The notes: generated by a model not told the origin, from the sequence alone. 64,000 bases of DNA from Desulfovibrio sp. UBA6121 (GCA_002422505.1 DIVX01000141.1:1191-65190), one strand, 5' to 3'. Shown: positions 1-9,400, numbered from the stretch's first letter. Made by a program: numbers and translations.

Positions 1-11
1 TTCGGAATCAT
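1..11 (-). CDS. 5' end of a divergent gene running off the window (M-I-P...)
   Basis: The minus strand reads GGAGG-N8-ATG ATT CCG. Only 3 codons are visible. Confidence 0.35.
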
Positions 12-284
12 CAGAATATCCTCCGTTCAGGAAGGTTGTTTACGGGGTGAAGCTCAATAGCATTACCTTGCGCGAATGAAAACCCTGAAGTGGAACGTGC
101 GCTTCGACGAAAATTCTTTCGCGCCTTTGGGGCGTTAGGTCAAGTTCCGCTGAAACGTCAGAATATCATTCTGCAATTTCGAGGGGCACTTGACAGAACC
201 GCCCCAAATGCCCACATCTGCGCAGAGTGTGAAAACCAGGCGCGGGCGGCAACGCCCGCCCACAGCATTGTGAGAGGAAGCTCG

Positions 285-938
285 ATGAAACCCCTGGCCA
301 TAATCGGCATCATCCTGGCTGGCGTCATCATTTTGGGGGGCACGTCCCTCGTGTCCACTTCAAACGGCATTATCACCCAAGACGCCATTGTTGAACAGAT
401 GGTGGGCCAGGTGAACAGCGCCCTGCAGCGCAGGCTCGACCTCATCCCCAATCTGGTGGAGACCGTGAAGGGCTATGCCGCGCACGAGAACCAGACCCTG
501 ACGGCGGTCATCGCCGCGCGCGCCTCGGCCACGCAGATCAAGCTCGACGCCAGCACCTTGTCCGACCCGGCCAAGTTGAAGGAGTTCAACATGGCCCAGG
601 GCCAGCTCTCCGCAGCTCTCGGCAAGCTCATGGTGGTTTCCGAGCAGTACCCCAACCTCAAGGCCGACAAGAACTTTCAGGACCTTATGGCCCAGCTTGA
701 GGGCACCGAGAACCGCATCAAGATCGAGCGTGACAACTACAACGCCGCCGTCACCGCGCTCAACGTGCGCATTCGCACCTTCCCCGGCAGCCTGGTCAAT
801 GCGCTCATGTCCCACGTGAAGGAGCGGCAGGTGTTCCAGGCCGAGGAAGCCGCCGCCGCCGCGCCCAAGGTGAGCTTTGGCGCGACTGCGCCCGCCGCGC
901 CTGCTCCTGCGGCCGCCGCTGGTGGTGAGGCGAAGTGA
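285..938 (+). CDS. lemA: LemA family protein
   Basis: Motifs LQRRLDLIPNLVETVKGYAAHE, YPNLKA..F..L..QLEGTENRI and FP, after an N-terminal TM segment. The ATG at 285 follows GAGGA. Confidence 0.95.
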   Translation: MKPLAIIGIILAGVIILGGTSLVSTSNGIITQDAIVEQMVGQVNSALQRRLDLIPNLVETVKGYAAHENQTLTAVIAARASATQIKLDASTLSDPAKLKEFNMAQGQLSAALGKLMVVSEQYPNLKADKNFQDLMAQLEGTENRIKIERDNYNAAVTALNVRIRTFPGSLVNALMSHVKERQVFQAEEAAAAAPKVSFGATAPAAPAPAAAAGGEAK

Positions 939-1846
939 GGCGTTTCGCCTTCTGCATAGCGCTGCTTTTTCTGGCGCTTGCGGCGGCGTTCACGCTGCCC
1001 GGGGGGCTTGCCCTGGGGGTTGGCAGCGCGCAGGCGCTGGAGATTCCCGCCAACGGCGGGCAGTGGGTGGTCGATGGCGCCCGCCTGCTGCCCCCGGCGG
1101 AGAAGGACAAGCTCGGCGCGGAGCTGCGGCGCTACGCCGAGGCCACCGGCAATCAGATCGTCATCCTCACCGTGCCCTCCCTGAAGGGCGAGAGCATTTC
1201 CGGCTACGCCAACAAGGTGGCCCGCGCCTGGGGCGTGGGGGCCAAAAGCGGCAACACCGGGGTGCTCATCCTGGTGGCCAAGGCCGAGGCGCGCGTGCGT
1301 TTCGAGGTGGGCCGGGGCCTTGAGGACCGCCTGCCGGACGTGCTGGCCAAGCGCATTCAGCGCGACGTGACAGTGCCGCACTTCAAGGCCGGGCGCTTCG
1401 GTCAGGGGTTGGCCGAAAGCGTGGCCGCAATCGAGACCGCGCTAACCCCGCCCGGAGCCGAGGGCGCGGCGAACCAGACCGCCGCCGCACCCCTGGCCGC
1501 GCCCGCCAAGAAGCCGCAGTCGGGCGGGTTCTCCTGGCTGACGCTGGGGCTTTTGGTGCTGGCCGTGGTGCTGGTGTTCGCCCTGTTCCACCGGCGCGCC
1601 GGGCAGGCTGGGCCCTATGGACCGGACGGCCCTGACGGCCCTGGCGGTTTTGGCGGGGGCGATGGCCGTGGCGGCTCGTTTCTTATCGGCATGCTGCTGG
1701 GGCTTTTGTCCAGCCGCTGGCGCGGACCGGGCGGCGGGCCCGGCGGCGGCTTTGGCGGGGGCGATGGCGGCTTTACCGGCGGCGGCGGCGACTTCGGCGG
1801 CGGCGGCGGCGATTCCGGCTTCGGCGGCGGCGACGACAATTCCTAG
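935..1846 (+). CDS. TPM-domain (YgcG-like) membrane protein with Gly-rich tail
   Basis: VVDGARLL...QIVILTVPSL...WGVG...GVLILVA...RFEVGRGLEDRLPD, then a TM segment and a GGGDFGGGG tail. GTGA overlap with lemA, its usual partner. Confidence 0.93.
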   Translation: MRRFAFCIALLFLALAAAFTLPGGLALGVGSAQALEIPANGGQWVVDGARLLPPAEKDKLGAELRRYAEATGNQIVILTVPSLKGESISGYANKVARAWGVGAKSGNTGVLILVAKAEARVRFEVGRGLEDRLPDVLAKRIQRDVTVPHFKAGRFGQGLAESVAAIETALTPPGAEGAANQTAAAPLAAPAKKPQSGGFSWLTLGLLVLAVVLVFALFHRRAGQAGPYGPDGPDGPGGFGGGDGRGGSFLIGMLLGLLSSRWRGPGGGPGGGFGGGDGGFTGGGGDFGGGGGDSGFGGGDDNS

Positions 1847-2037
1847 CCTTTTCGCTTTGCAGGCGCGCGCCAGCGCACGGCTCCAAAGCGGCCTTGTACT
1901 GGTGCCCGGCGGACATTTCCGCTCCGCAGGCGCGCACCAGCGCACGGCAGGGCCAAAGCGTGCTGCGTATCGTGGCACGAATCGTTGACTGAAGCCGCAG
2001 ATTGAGTATATTCCCAGACAGGAGCCGAAAGCCCGGC

Positions 2038-2751
2038 ATGACAGCACGCACCGTTTCCCCAGCGCCCCAGGCCGGTTTTGTGGAGGCCGAGGTGGCGGGC
2101 CGCCTGTGGCGGCTTTCGCGCCCGGCGGACCTGGAGAGCCTGTGGGCGGCCATGGGCGAGGGCGTGCCCGGCTGGGGCGAGGACGAGCGCCTGCCCTACT
2201 GGGTGGAGCTTTGGCCCGCCGCAGTGCTCCTGGCCCGGTTCATCGCCCGCAACCCGCAGGCCGTGGCCGGGCGCGCCTGCCTTGATGCCGGCTGCGGCCT
2301 GGGGCTGCCCGCCCTGGTGGCTGCTGCGGCCGGGGCGCGGGTGCTGGCGTTTGACTACGAGCCCGAGGCCCTGGTGTTCGCCCGGCGCAACGCGGGGCTC
2401 AACCTGCGCGCGGGCGAGGCCCACCCCGTGTTCGCGGTGATGGACTGGCGGCGGCCCGCCGTGCGCAAGGGCGGGGCGGAGGTCATCCTCGGCGCGGACA
2501 TTTTGTACGAACGCCGGTTTTTCGAGCCCGTGGCCGCGTTTTTGGAACACGCCCTGGCTCCCGGCGGCGCAATCTTCATAGCCGACCCGGAGCGGAGCGT
2601 TTCCGCCGGGGTGGCTGAGCGCCTGCAAGCCAAGGGCTGGCGCGTGGCCGTGGCCTTTACGGACCGGGTGGCCCAGAGCGGCCAGAACATGACCGTGCGC
2701 CTGCTGGAGATAACCCGCAGCGACGATAATCACGCAAATAAGGAAGGCTGA
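2038..2751 (+). CDS. Class I SAM-dependent methyltransferase (Methyltransf_16/lysine methyltransferase-like)
   Basis: [31 protein letters not shown] and IADPER motifs. Start could be 2002 or 2038. Confidence 0.85.
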   Translation: MTARTVSPAPQAGFVEAEVAGRLWRLSRPADLESLWAAMGEGVPGWGEDERLPYWVELWPAAVLLARFIARNPQAVAGRACLDAGCGLGLPALVAAAAGARVLAFDYEPEALVFARRNAGLNLRAGEAHPVFAVMDWRRPAVRKGGAEVILGADILYERRFFEPVAAFLEHALAPGGAIFIADPERSVSAGVAERLQAKGWRVAVAFTDRVAQSGQNMTVRLLEITRSDDNHANKEG

Positions 2752-2753
2752 CC

Positions 2754-3173
2754 ATGGGAGAGACCATCCGTTTCGGCGTCTCGCTGGACTCCGATCTGCT
2801 CGACAAGTTCGACGTGCTTTGCAAGGAAAAGAGCTACCAGACCCGCTCCGAGGCCATCCGCGACCTCATTCGCAGCATGCTGGTGCAGCGCCAGTGGGAG
2901 GACTCCGACGGCGAGGTGGCGGGCACCCTGACCCTTGTGTACGACCACCACGCCAGCGGCCTGGCGCAGAAGCTTACCGAACTGCAGCACGACAGCCACG
3001 AGGTCATTCTTTCCACCATGCACGTGCACCTGGATCACCACAACTGCCTGGAAGTGCTGGTGCTCAAAGGCTCCGCCGAAATCATCAAGGCCCTGGGGCA
3101 AAAGCTCATCTCCACCAAGGGCGTGAAGCACGGGCACCTTGTGCTCACCACCACCGGCCAGGAGATCGATTAG
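2754..3173 (+). CDS. nikR: Nickel-responsive regulator NikR
   Basis: Ribbon-helix-helix RFGVSL...[11 protein letters not shown], plus YDHH and the [12 protein letters not shown] Ni-binding motif. Confidence 0.96.
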   Translation: MGETIRFGVSLDSDLLDKFDVLCKEKSYQTRSEAIRDLIRSMLVQRQWEDSDGEVAGTLTLVYDHHASGLAQKLTELQHDSHEVILSTMHVHLDHHNCLEVLVLKGSAEIIKALGQKLISTKGVKHGHLVLTTTGQEID

Positions 3174-3211
3174 TGTCCGCGATTCAGGAATCCGCACAGG
3201 CCCAGGAGGCC

Positions 3212-3991
3212 ATGGCCGACGTTCAGAAGCATCCCGCCTCGGTGCACATGCCCATCGACCGCGTGGGCGTGAAGGACCTGCACCTGCCCCTGGTGGTGCG
3301 CGACCGCCAGTCCGGCACGCAGCACACGGTGGCCCGCGTGGACTTGGCCGTGGACCTGCCCGCAGCCTTCAAGGGCACGCACATGAGCCGCTTTGTGGAG
3401 GCCCTGGAGAATTGGGAGGAGGAACTCTCGCGTTCGTCGCTGGAAAAGCTCCTGTCCGACATCTCCGTGCGGCTGGAAGCCCGGCGCGCCTATGCCCGCT
3501 TTGATTTCCCCTACTTCCTGCGCCAGTCCTCGCCCAAGAGCGGGGCCAAAGGTCTCATGGGCTACCCCTGTTCGGTCATCGGCGCGTACGAGGACGGCCG
3601 CCTGGACTTCACCCTGGCCGTGGACGTGCCGGTGATGACCGTGTGCCCCTGCTCCAAGGCCATCAGCGACGAGGGCGCGCACAGCCAGCGCACCAGCGTG
3701 CGCATTCAGGCGAAGTTCAAGGGCTTTCTGTGGCTGGAGGACCTGATCGAGATCGCCGAGCGCTCTGGCTCTTCCCCGGTGTATACCCTGCTCAAGCGCG
3801 AGGACGAGAAGTTCGTCACCGAGGCCGCCTTCGCCAACCCGGCCTTTGTGGAGGATGTTGTCCGCGCGGCGGCCAAGGGCTTGTCCGAGCACCAACGCAT
3901 CACCTGGTTCAAGGTGGAGGTGGAGAGCTTCGAGTCCATCCACGGGCATTCCGCCCAGGCGGCTATTGAAAGCGCGGCGAAACCGGCGTAG
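3212..3991 (+). CDS. folE2: GTP cyclohydrolase I type B (FolE2)
   Basis: [42 protein letters not shown] and ESIH. GGAGG lies just before ATG 3212; GTG 3173 is an alternative start. Confidence 0.95.
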   Translation: MADVQKHPASVHMPIDRVGVKDLHLPLVVRDRQSGTQHTVARVDLAVDLPAAFKGTHMSRFVEALENWEEELSRSSLEKLLSDISVRLEARRAYARFDFPYFLRQSSPKSGAKGLMGYPCSVIGAYEDGRLDFTLAVDVPVMTVCPCSKAISDEGAHSQRTSVRIQAKFKGFLWLEDLIEIAERSGSSPVYTLLKREDEKFVTEAAFANPAFVEDVVRAAAKGLSEHQRITWFKVEVESFESIHGHSAQAAIESAAKPA

Positions 3992-4033
3992 GTTCGTATC
4001 GTCCACCCCGATACGGGGCGGCGGGGAACTGCC

Positions 4034-4444
4034 ATGAGCATCGATTCCAACTGGAACGCGCTGGGCGTTACGCCCCTCGATCTCTCGGCCATGTCGGCCT
4101 CGGAGAGCATCGTCAACGCCAGCCAGGACACCCAGCGCGAGCAGCCGCGCGAGCGGGCCGACCATTTGGGCGGCGCCGCGCCGCCGCTTCTGGACATCGT
4201 GGAGCTGAGCACCAACACCACGGTTTCCGACGGCCCCGGCTTTCCCCTGACGGTTTCCGGCAGCCCCACGGATTACGATTCCGGCATGATGTTCCCCGTG
4301 GCCGCCACCATTACGGGCACCCCGCAGGAACAGCTCGCGCAATCGCAAATGCTGAACCAGCTGGACCAGTCCTTTGCGTCCAACCTGGCCGCGCACGACT
4401 ACACGGAAGCATACCTTGGACGCATTGTGGACTACACGGCCTAG
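4034..4444 (+). CDS. Hypothetical acidic protein, possibly flagellum-associated
   Basis: GC3-rich codons and an RBS. It has DIVELS and a C-terminal GRIVDYTA resembling the neighbour's GHVLDLIA. Confidence 0.7.
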   Translation: MSIDSNWNALGVTPLDLSAMSASESIVNASQDTQREQPRERADHLGGAAPPLLDIVELSTNTTVSDGPGFPLTVSGSPTDYDSGMMFPVAATITGTPQEQLAQSQMLNQLDQSFASNLAAHDYTEAYLGRIVDYTA

Positions 4445-4462
4445 CGGTTCGGGAGGCAGGGC

Positions 4463-4846
4463 ATGGTGATCGACGGCTCTTCCAGCGCGCAGGCGCTCTC
4501 GGCCTTCGGGGTTTCCCTGAACGCCACGGCGCACAACGTGGCCAACGTGTCCACCGAGGGCTACCAGCCCCAGCAGGTGGCGCTGGCCGATGGCCCCGGC
4601 GGCCAGGGCGTGCAGGTGGCGGCCGTCACCACCGCTCAGGGCGGGGAATTGGGAGCTGGCTCCGTGGAGGCGGGCGGGCAGATGAGCAGCCTCACGGGCA
4701 GTCTGGCCGCAGGCGCGCTCAATGGGGTGGATGTGACCCGCGAAATGGTGGGGCTGATGCAGACGGAGCGTGCTTTTTCCGCTAATGCGACCATGCTGCG
4801 CACTGTGGAGCAGACCACCGGGCACGTGCTCGACCTCATCGCCTAG
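4463..4846 (+). CDS. Flagellar basal-body rod/hook family small protein (FlgB/C/G-like termini)
   Basis: N-terminal AHNVANVSTEGY and C-terminal VDVTREMVGLMQTERAFSANATML. Confidence 0.88.
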   Translation: MVIDGSSSAQALSAFGVSLNATAHNVANVSTEGYQPQQVALADGPGGQGVQVAAVTTAQGGELGAGSVEAGGQMSSLTGSLAAGALNGVDVTREMVGLMQTERAFSANATMLRTVEQTTGHVLDLIA

Positions 4847-4950
4847 CCCATCGCCTGGGCCGACGCCTAGCCCTGCGCCTGAACCCTACGCCTGAACCCT
4901 ACGCCTGAACCCACGGCCTGAGCCGACGCCTCGGGTCTCGCCTGGCGCGC
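4840..4950. repeat. Degenerate 12-13 bp tandem repeat, about 9 units starting CGCCT
   Basis: CGCCTAGCCCAT, CGCCTGGGCCGA, CGCCTAGCCCTG, CGCCTGAACCCTA x2, CGCCTGAACCCA, CGGCCTGAGCCGA, CGCCTCGGGTCT, CGCCTGG. Confidence 0.85.
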
Positions 4951-4988
4951 TGCTCGCCCTGCGCATCGTGCTCAAGTCTGCCCGGCGG

Positions 4989-5159
4989 CTATTCGTCGTC
5001 GTCCTCCATCATGGCGAAGCAGTCCTGGTCGGACTTGCACTTGGGGCAGGTCCACTCCGGGGGCAGGTCGCTGGCCTCGGTGCCGGGGGCTATGCCGCGC
5101 TCCGGGTCGCCGGTTTCGGGAACATAGATGAAGCCGCAATTGAGGCAGGCGCAACGCAT
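4989..5159 (-). CDS. Rubredoxin
   Basis: CLNCGFIY...GDPERGIAPGT...DLP.EWTCPKC with two CxxC motifs. GGAG precedes ATG 5159. Confidence 0.92.
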   Translation of the reverse strand: MRCACLNCGFIYVPETGDPERGIAPGTEASDLPPEWTCPKCKSDQDCFAMMEDDDE

Positions 5160-5478
5160 GGGCATCTCCAAAATGTTTACCGGCGCAGGGCCGGGTGGTG
5201 CTGGCGGCAGGGCCGGGCGGGCCGGGCTTGCACGGGCGGCGGGGCGCTCCCGCCTGCATCCGCATGGCGCAAGCTACCCAGGCCCGGGGGGAGGCGTCAA
5301 CCGCTTTTCGCGGCCTGCTTGGCCCCAGCGCAAAAGCGCCGCCTATGACAGCGCGCCCGTCCCCTGCGCAAGCTCGCATCGGCGCGGGGCGTTCCGACCC
5401 AGCCCCGCACCCGTGAACTTGCCGCGCCTGCGTTGGCGGATGTTTTTCCCGCCTTGTGCGCCCCACGCACCCCAGGTC

Positions 5479-5532
5479 TTGACATGCCCGCAAAAGAGGT
5501 TGACCATCCGGTCAGGTTGACCAAACGGTCAA
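5479..5532 (+). promoter_or_regulatory. TTGACA -35 element followed by two TGACC-N4-GGTCA palindromes (putative TetR operators)
   Basis: TTGACA at 5479-5484, TGACC-ATCC-GGTCA at 5501-5514 and TTGACC-AAAC-GGTCAA at 5517-5532, directly upstream of the TetR gene. Confidence 0.75.
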
Positions 5533-5547
5533 AGACGGGGGAAGGGC

Positions 5548-6111
5548 ATGGACAATCGCCGCGCCTTGCTGGACGCCGCAAAGCGCCTTGTGGCCGCAAA
5601 GGGCGTAAAGGCCACCACCACAGCGGAAATTGCCGCCGCAGCGGGCGTGGCCAAGGGCCTTTTGTTCTATTACTTCAAGGACAAGGAAAGCGTTGTTCGC
5701 GCCATTGCCGAGGAACTGGACGCCCTGTACATGGCCGGACTGCCGCCTGCGCCCATGCCTGCTGCGTCCGGCTGCGCCCTGAAGACCCTGCACGCCCTCA
5801 TCGTCCATCATTTCCGCTTTCTGGAAGATACGCCCCAGAATGCCCAGTTTCTGTACCAAAGCGTTGGCGCGTGCGAGCCTGCCGCAGGTTTCTACGAGCA
5901 TCTGCATGCGCGGGTTCTGGAAATTTTGCGCTGCGGCGCGCGCAACGGCGAATTTGTCGCCCTGGATATGGAGGAGCTGGCCTACATGCTGTTGGGCTCG
6001 CTGCATGGCGTGGGGCGCTTGAAATTGTTCGAGTTCAAGAGGGAGTACGACGCGGCCCGGCACCTTGCCGCCTTTTACGACAAGATCCTGCTGCGCCAGA
6101 ACATCGCGTAA
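5548..6111 (+). CDS. TetR/AcrR family transcriptional regulator
   Basis: HTH motif LLDAAKRLVAAKGVKATTTAEIAAAAGVAKGLLFYYFKDKE. Confidence 0.95.
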   Translation: MDNRRALLDAAKRLVAAKGVKATTTAEIAAAAGVAKGLLFYYFKDKESVVRAIAEELDALYMAGLPPAPMPAASGCALKTLHALIVHHFRFLEDTPQNAQFLYQSVGACEPAAGFYEHLHARVLEILRCGARNGEFVALDMEELAYMLLGSLHGVGRLKLFEFKREYDAARHLAAFYDKILLRQNIA

Positions 6112-6219
6112 GGTTGCGATTTTACGCGAAGGCGTCGGCCTGATTTCTGGCTGGCGCAATCCTGGTGGACGACACATGCCGCCTGCCTGAAACACCGGGC
6201 TCTGCCCGTGGAGGCCATC

Positions 6220-6312
6220 ATGTCGCTTACAGATTTTGGCGCAATCGCTGGATTGCTGGTTGTGTTGGGGGCCATAGGCTTTTTCATGTATACCCGCGTC
6301 ATAAAGCATTAA
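6220..6312 (+). CDS. Small single-pass membrane protein, 30 aa (MSLTDFGAIAGLLVVLGAIGFFMYTRVIKH)
   Basis: GGAGG at 6210-6214, ATG at 6220, a hydrophobic core, a basic C-terminus and a downstream terminator. Too short for the ORF track. Confidence 0.65.
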   Translation: MSLTDFGAIAGLLVVLGAIGFFMYTRVIKH

Positions 6313-6373
6313 GCTCCAGGCCCCTGCGGAGCCTTCGCCCTGGGGCCGCAACGTTTCGAAACGCCTTGGCCAC

Positions 6374-6402
6374 AGCCCCCTGCGTCTGCGGGGGGCTTTT
6401 TT
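6374..6402 (+). terminator. Rho-independent terminator
   Basis: AGCCCCCTGC-GTCT-GCGGGGGGCT followed by a T run. Confidence 0.8.
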
Positions 6403-6457
6403 GCGCGCCTTATCCGGCTGATTTGGCACGCTGTCCCGGCTTATGGCTCCGGCGGGG

Positions 6458-6484
6458 TAATCCGCCAGCCCGGACTGCCGATAA
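6458..6484 (+). promoter_or_regulatory. Sigma28 (FliA)-like promoter
   Basis: TAAT-N15-GCCGATAA against the consensus TAAA-N15-GCCGATAA. Confidence 0.6.
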
Positions 6485-6579
6485 GCTGTGAGGAAAGGGT
6501 TGGAAGCTGCAAAGGGCTGCCGTGCGCGGTCCAGGGGCTCCCTTTGTCCGCAATCCGCACTACAGGGTGGTGATGACGC

Positions 6580-7458
6580 GTGATGTATGACGATCCCGGA
6601 GGGATGACGCACCCGGAGGCCCCGCAGCCCCAGGTGTCCATCGTCATCCCCAGCCACAACTACGCCCGCTTTCTGCCTGGGTGTCTCGGCTCCATTGCGC
6701 GGCAGCGCATGAACCTTGGGCGTGTGGAAGTGTTGCTGGTGGATGACGCGAGCAGCGACGGCTCGCCGGAACTGGCGCGCGAACTGCTTGCCGCCATGCC
6801 CCTGGCCGCCAGCCGGGTGCTGGTGCTGCCCCACACAGGCAGGCCCGGCCCTGTGCGCAATGCCGGGCTGCGGCTGGCCCGTGGGCAGGCCCTGCTGACC
6901 CTGGACCCGGACGACGAGCTGCTGCCAGACTTTCTGCCCCGCTGCCTGGAGGTTTTGGCCACCGGGGCCGATGTGGCGTATACGGACTACTTTCTGGAGG
7001 AGGCCGACGGACGGCACGAGGTGCGCCTGCCCGTGTACCACAAGTTCCTGCTGGCCAACCAGAACATCCTGCCGTGCACGGCCTTGTTCAAGCGCAGGCT
7101 GTGGGACCTGGGGGTGCGCTTCCGCAGCGAAACAGGCTACGAGGACTGGGATTTCTGGGTTCAGCTAGCGCTCAAGCGGGCCCGCTTCGGTCACGTCGCC
7201 ATGCCGCTCTTCAGCTACCGCATGCACGGAGGCAATTACTCCGTCCACGCCCGTAGCGACGATGCCCGGTCCAAGGCCAGGATCGTGGCGGACAATGCCG
7301 CCTTTTTCCCCTCCTGGACGCAGGCCTGGGCGCAAGGGGTGCTGGCGGGGGAGGCGGGCGCGAACCCAATGGAGCGCGGCATCATCCCCATCTTGCCGGA
7401 GCACGCCGCGCGCAGCCGTCTTGTCTCGGCCGGGTGGGGGCTTGCGGGCGGGGCCTAG
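6580..7458 (+). CDS. Glycosyltransferase family 2
   Basis: VSIVIPSHNY, VDDASSDGS, LDPDD and YEDWDFW. Start could be 6580, 6583 or 6604. Confidence 0.92.
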   Translation: MMYDDPGGMTHPEAPQPQVSIVIPSHNYARFLPGCLGSIARQRMNLGRVEVLLVDDASSDGSPELARELLAAMPLAASRVLVLPHTGRPGPVRNAGLRLARGQALLTLDPDDELLPDFLPRCLEVLATGADVAYTDYFLEEADGRHEVRLPVYHKFLLANQNILPCTALFKRRLWDLGVRFRSETGYEDWDFWVQLALKRARFGHVAMPLFSYRMHGGNYSVHARSDDARSKARIVADNAAFFPSWTQAWAQGVLAGEAGANPMERGIIPILPEHAARSRLVSAGWGLAGGA

Positions 7459-7477
7459 CGCTTTCCCCGTCGGCTCA

Positions 7478-7780
7478 TCAGTGCCCGGAGCGTATGACCA
7501 CGCGCTCGTCCACGGACGTGACGCCCTGGACCGCGCGGGCAAGCTCCACGGCGCGGCGCACCTGCTCGCGTTCCTGGGCGTAGCCGCCAAGAATCACCAC
7601 GCCGTCAACGGCCTTCACCTCGATGCGGCAGTTGTTGAGGGGGTACTCCTGGGCCAGGGCCGCAGTCATGGCCTTGCTTATGGCGATGTCCTCCGCCCGG
7701 CGCGCGGGCCGCGTGAGGCCGACGCCCACGGCCAGCGCAACCAGCGCCAGGAAAATGATGAAGGCAGTCTGAGCGCTCAT
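7478..7780 (-). CDS. BON domain protein with N-terminal membrane anchor
   Basis: IEVKAVDGVVILGG...AVELARAVQGVTSVD. Confidence 0.88.
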   Translation of the reverse strand: MSAQTAFIIFLALVALAVGVGLTRPARRAEDIAISKAMTAALAQEYPLNNCRIEVKAVDGVVILGGYAQEREQVRRAVELARAVQGVTSVDERVVIRSGH

Positions 7781-7827
7781 GCCGACCTCCTGAACTATTC
7801 AAATTCCGCTTCGCCCGGGCTGCGGGC

Positions 7828-8703
7828 CTAGCGCGTGGCCTTGGAGGCCATGTCCTCCCGGGCGTTTTTTTCCAGGTCGCGCAGGGTTTGGGCGCAGCTT
7901 TCCAGCACCTTGGTCTTGCGCTCCAGCGAGAGCGCCAGGGAGCGCACATTGGTGTTCTGGCGCGAAAGGCCGACAATCTCGCCTGTGAAGGCCCAGTATT
8001 GTTCATAAATTGCTAAGGCCTTGACCCCGGCCTGCTGCTTGCCCAGGGCCGCCAGAGCCTCCCGTGCGGCCTTGTCCGAGGCGGCCATGCGCTGCTCCAG
8101 GGCGTCCATGCGCTGGTCGGTCTTTTCCATGATGTGCGGGGCGTGCAGGGCTTGGATGCGCAGGGCTTCGGACAGGACGCGCAGCGCCTGCCGGGCCTGG
8201 CTGTCGCTTGCTCCGTTCTGCAGGGGCCGCAGGGCCTGCTCCAGCTCGCCCAGAACCAGGGCGGCCTTGCCGAAGGACAGGGCCAAGGCCTTGATGTTGG
8301 TGTTCTGCACCGCCAATCCCAGCACGTCCTGGTCCGCCTTGAGATACTCGGCGAAGGCCGCCTCGAAGCGGCTCAAAAGTTCGGTTTGCTGCGGGCTTTG
8401 CTGCGGCAGTTGCTTCAGCTCGGCCAGCAGTGCGCCGACCGTGTTCGTAGCGCTGCGGGCGTTGCCTGCGAAGCGGCGCGAATCCTCGTCCGTTTCGGCC
8501 ATGACGGCCTGCTTTTCCGCCTGGGCTGCGGCGTTCAGGGCGTCGTCCATTTGCTGCACCAGCTGTGCTGTGTGCACGGCCTGCCTGTAGGCGGTCTGTC
8601 CGCCGTGATCGCGTCCGAAGAGCCAAAGCCCGCCGAGCACCGCCGCAAGCAGCACGAGGGTGGCCAGCACCGTGCGGGTCGATTTGTTGTCTTTAGGCGT
8701 CAT
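7828..8703 (-). CDS. Membrane-anchored protein with duplicated MCP-type four-helix-bundle domains and no signalling domain
   Basis: AAGGAG RBS before ATG 8703 and one TM segment. AEKQAVMAETDE..RRFA is present, and the QNTN..ALS motif occurs twice. Confidence 0.75.
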   Translation of the reverse strand: MTPKDNKSTRTVLATLVLLAAVLGGLWLFGRDHGGQTAYRQAVHTAQLVQQMDDALNAAAQAEKQAVMAETDEDSRRFAGNARSATNTVGALLAELKQLPQQSPQQTELLSRFEAAFAEYLKADQDVLGLAVQNTNIKALALSFGKAALVLGELEQALRPLQNGASDSQARQALRVLSEALRIQALHAPHIMEKTDQRMDALEQRMAASDKAAREALAALGKQQAGVKALAIYEQYWAFTGEIVGLSRQNTNVRSLALSLERKTKVLESCAQTLRDLEKNAREDMASKATR

Positions 8704-9400
8704 GCGCTCTCCTTGTGCCGAGGCCGGGAATCCTTGCCCGTGTTTGATCCGGGATCGGGTGCGTGTTGCCGCGCACGTTTCTGCGCTTTGCCCGGCGTTC
8801 GGGGCATGGTAGCAGGCACGTGGCCCTTCGTCCATGTTTCGCTGGGCGGAGCGCTTCCGTGCCTGTGGTGCGGCGGGCGGCGGCTATACATACCCTGCGC
8901 GAAATGGCCTGTGTCTCTGGCGGGTTCCATCTGAAGCTTCGGCCAGAGGCTCACGCCTCAGTCTTCTCGCGCAGGTCCTGATCCCGGCGATGTCTTGTTG
9001 CTTGAACTTGCGGATTCGCAACGTGCGCAATGCTGGAACTCATGACCGTATCCGATGGGGATGGTGTTCGCTGTCAAAAGGCGTATTGCCCTCGCTTTGT
9101 TTCAAATGTATACGTAGAATCGCTTGTGGTTGGGTTGGGCAGGAGCAATGCGAGGTTTTTTGCGACGTTGCCCCTATTGGCTTGGCCTTTCGCCAAGCTT
9201 GGGATATATGTTACGCCATATGCGGGCCTTGCCTCCAGCGGATGTTCAGGACGGAAGAGCATGTGGCCGCATATGGCAAGGGCGGCTCAAGGCTCAACCT
9301 TTTTGCCCGGCAGAGGGCTGGGAAAGCCGCTTTCAGCCAACATTTATGCATACCCTTGAAAGTTCGACAGGGATATTCGCGTTACATACTGGAGCGTTCC

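Noticed and set aside
1620-1835. GGC-rich repeats
   Set aside because: They encode the ordinary Gly-rich tail of TPM proteins.
1959-1990. CGTGC...GCACG palindrome and TGGCACG as a NikR site or sigma54 promoter
   Set aside because: There is no GC at the -12 position, and the spacing does not fit NikR operators as I recall them.
4840-4950. Possible CRISPR array
   Set aside because: Units are 12-13 bp with no unique spacers, and there are no cas genes.
8834-9400. N-terminal extension of cysC and small overlapping ORFs
   Set aside because: The sequence is not protein-like. The kinase domain begins at TTG 9401 after an RBS.
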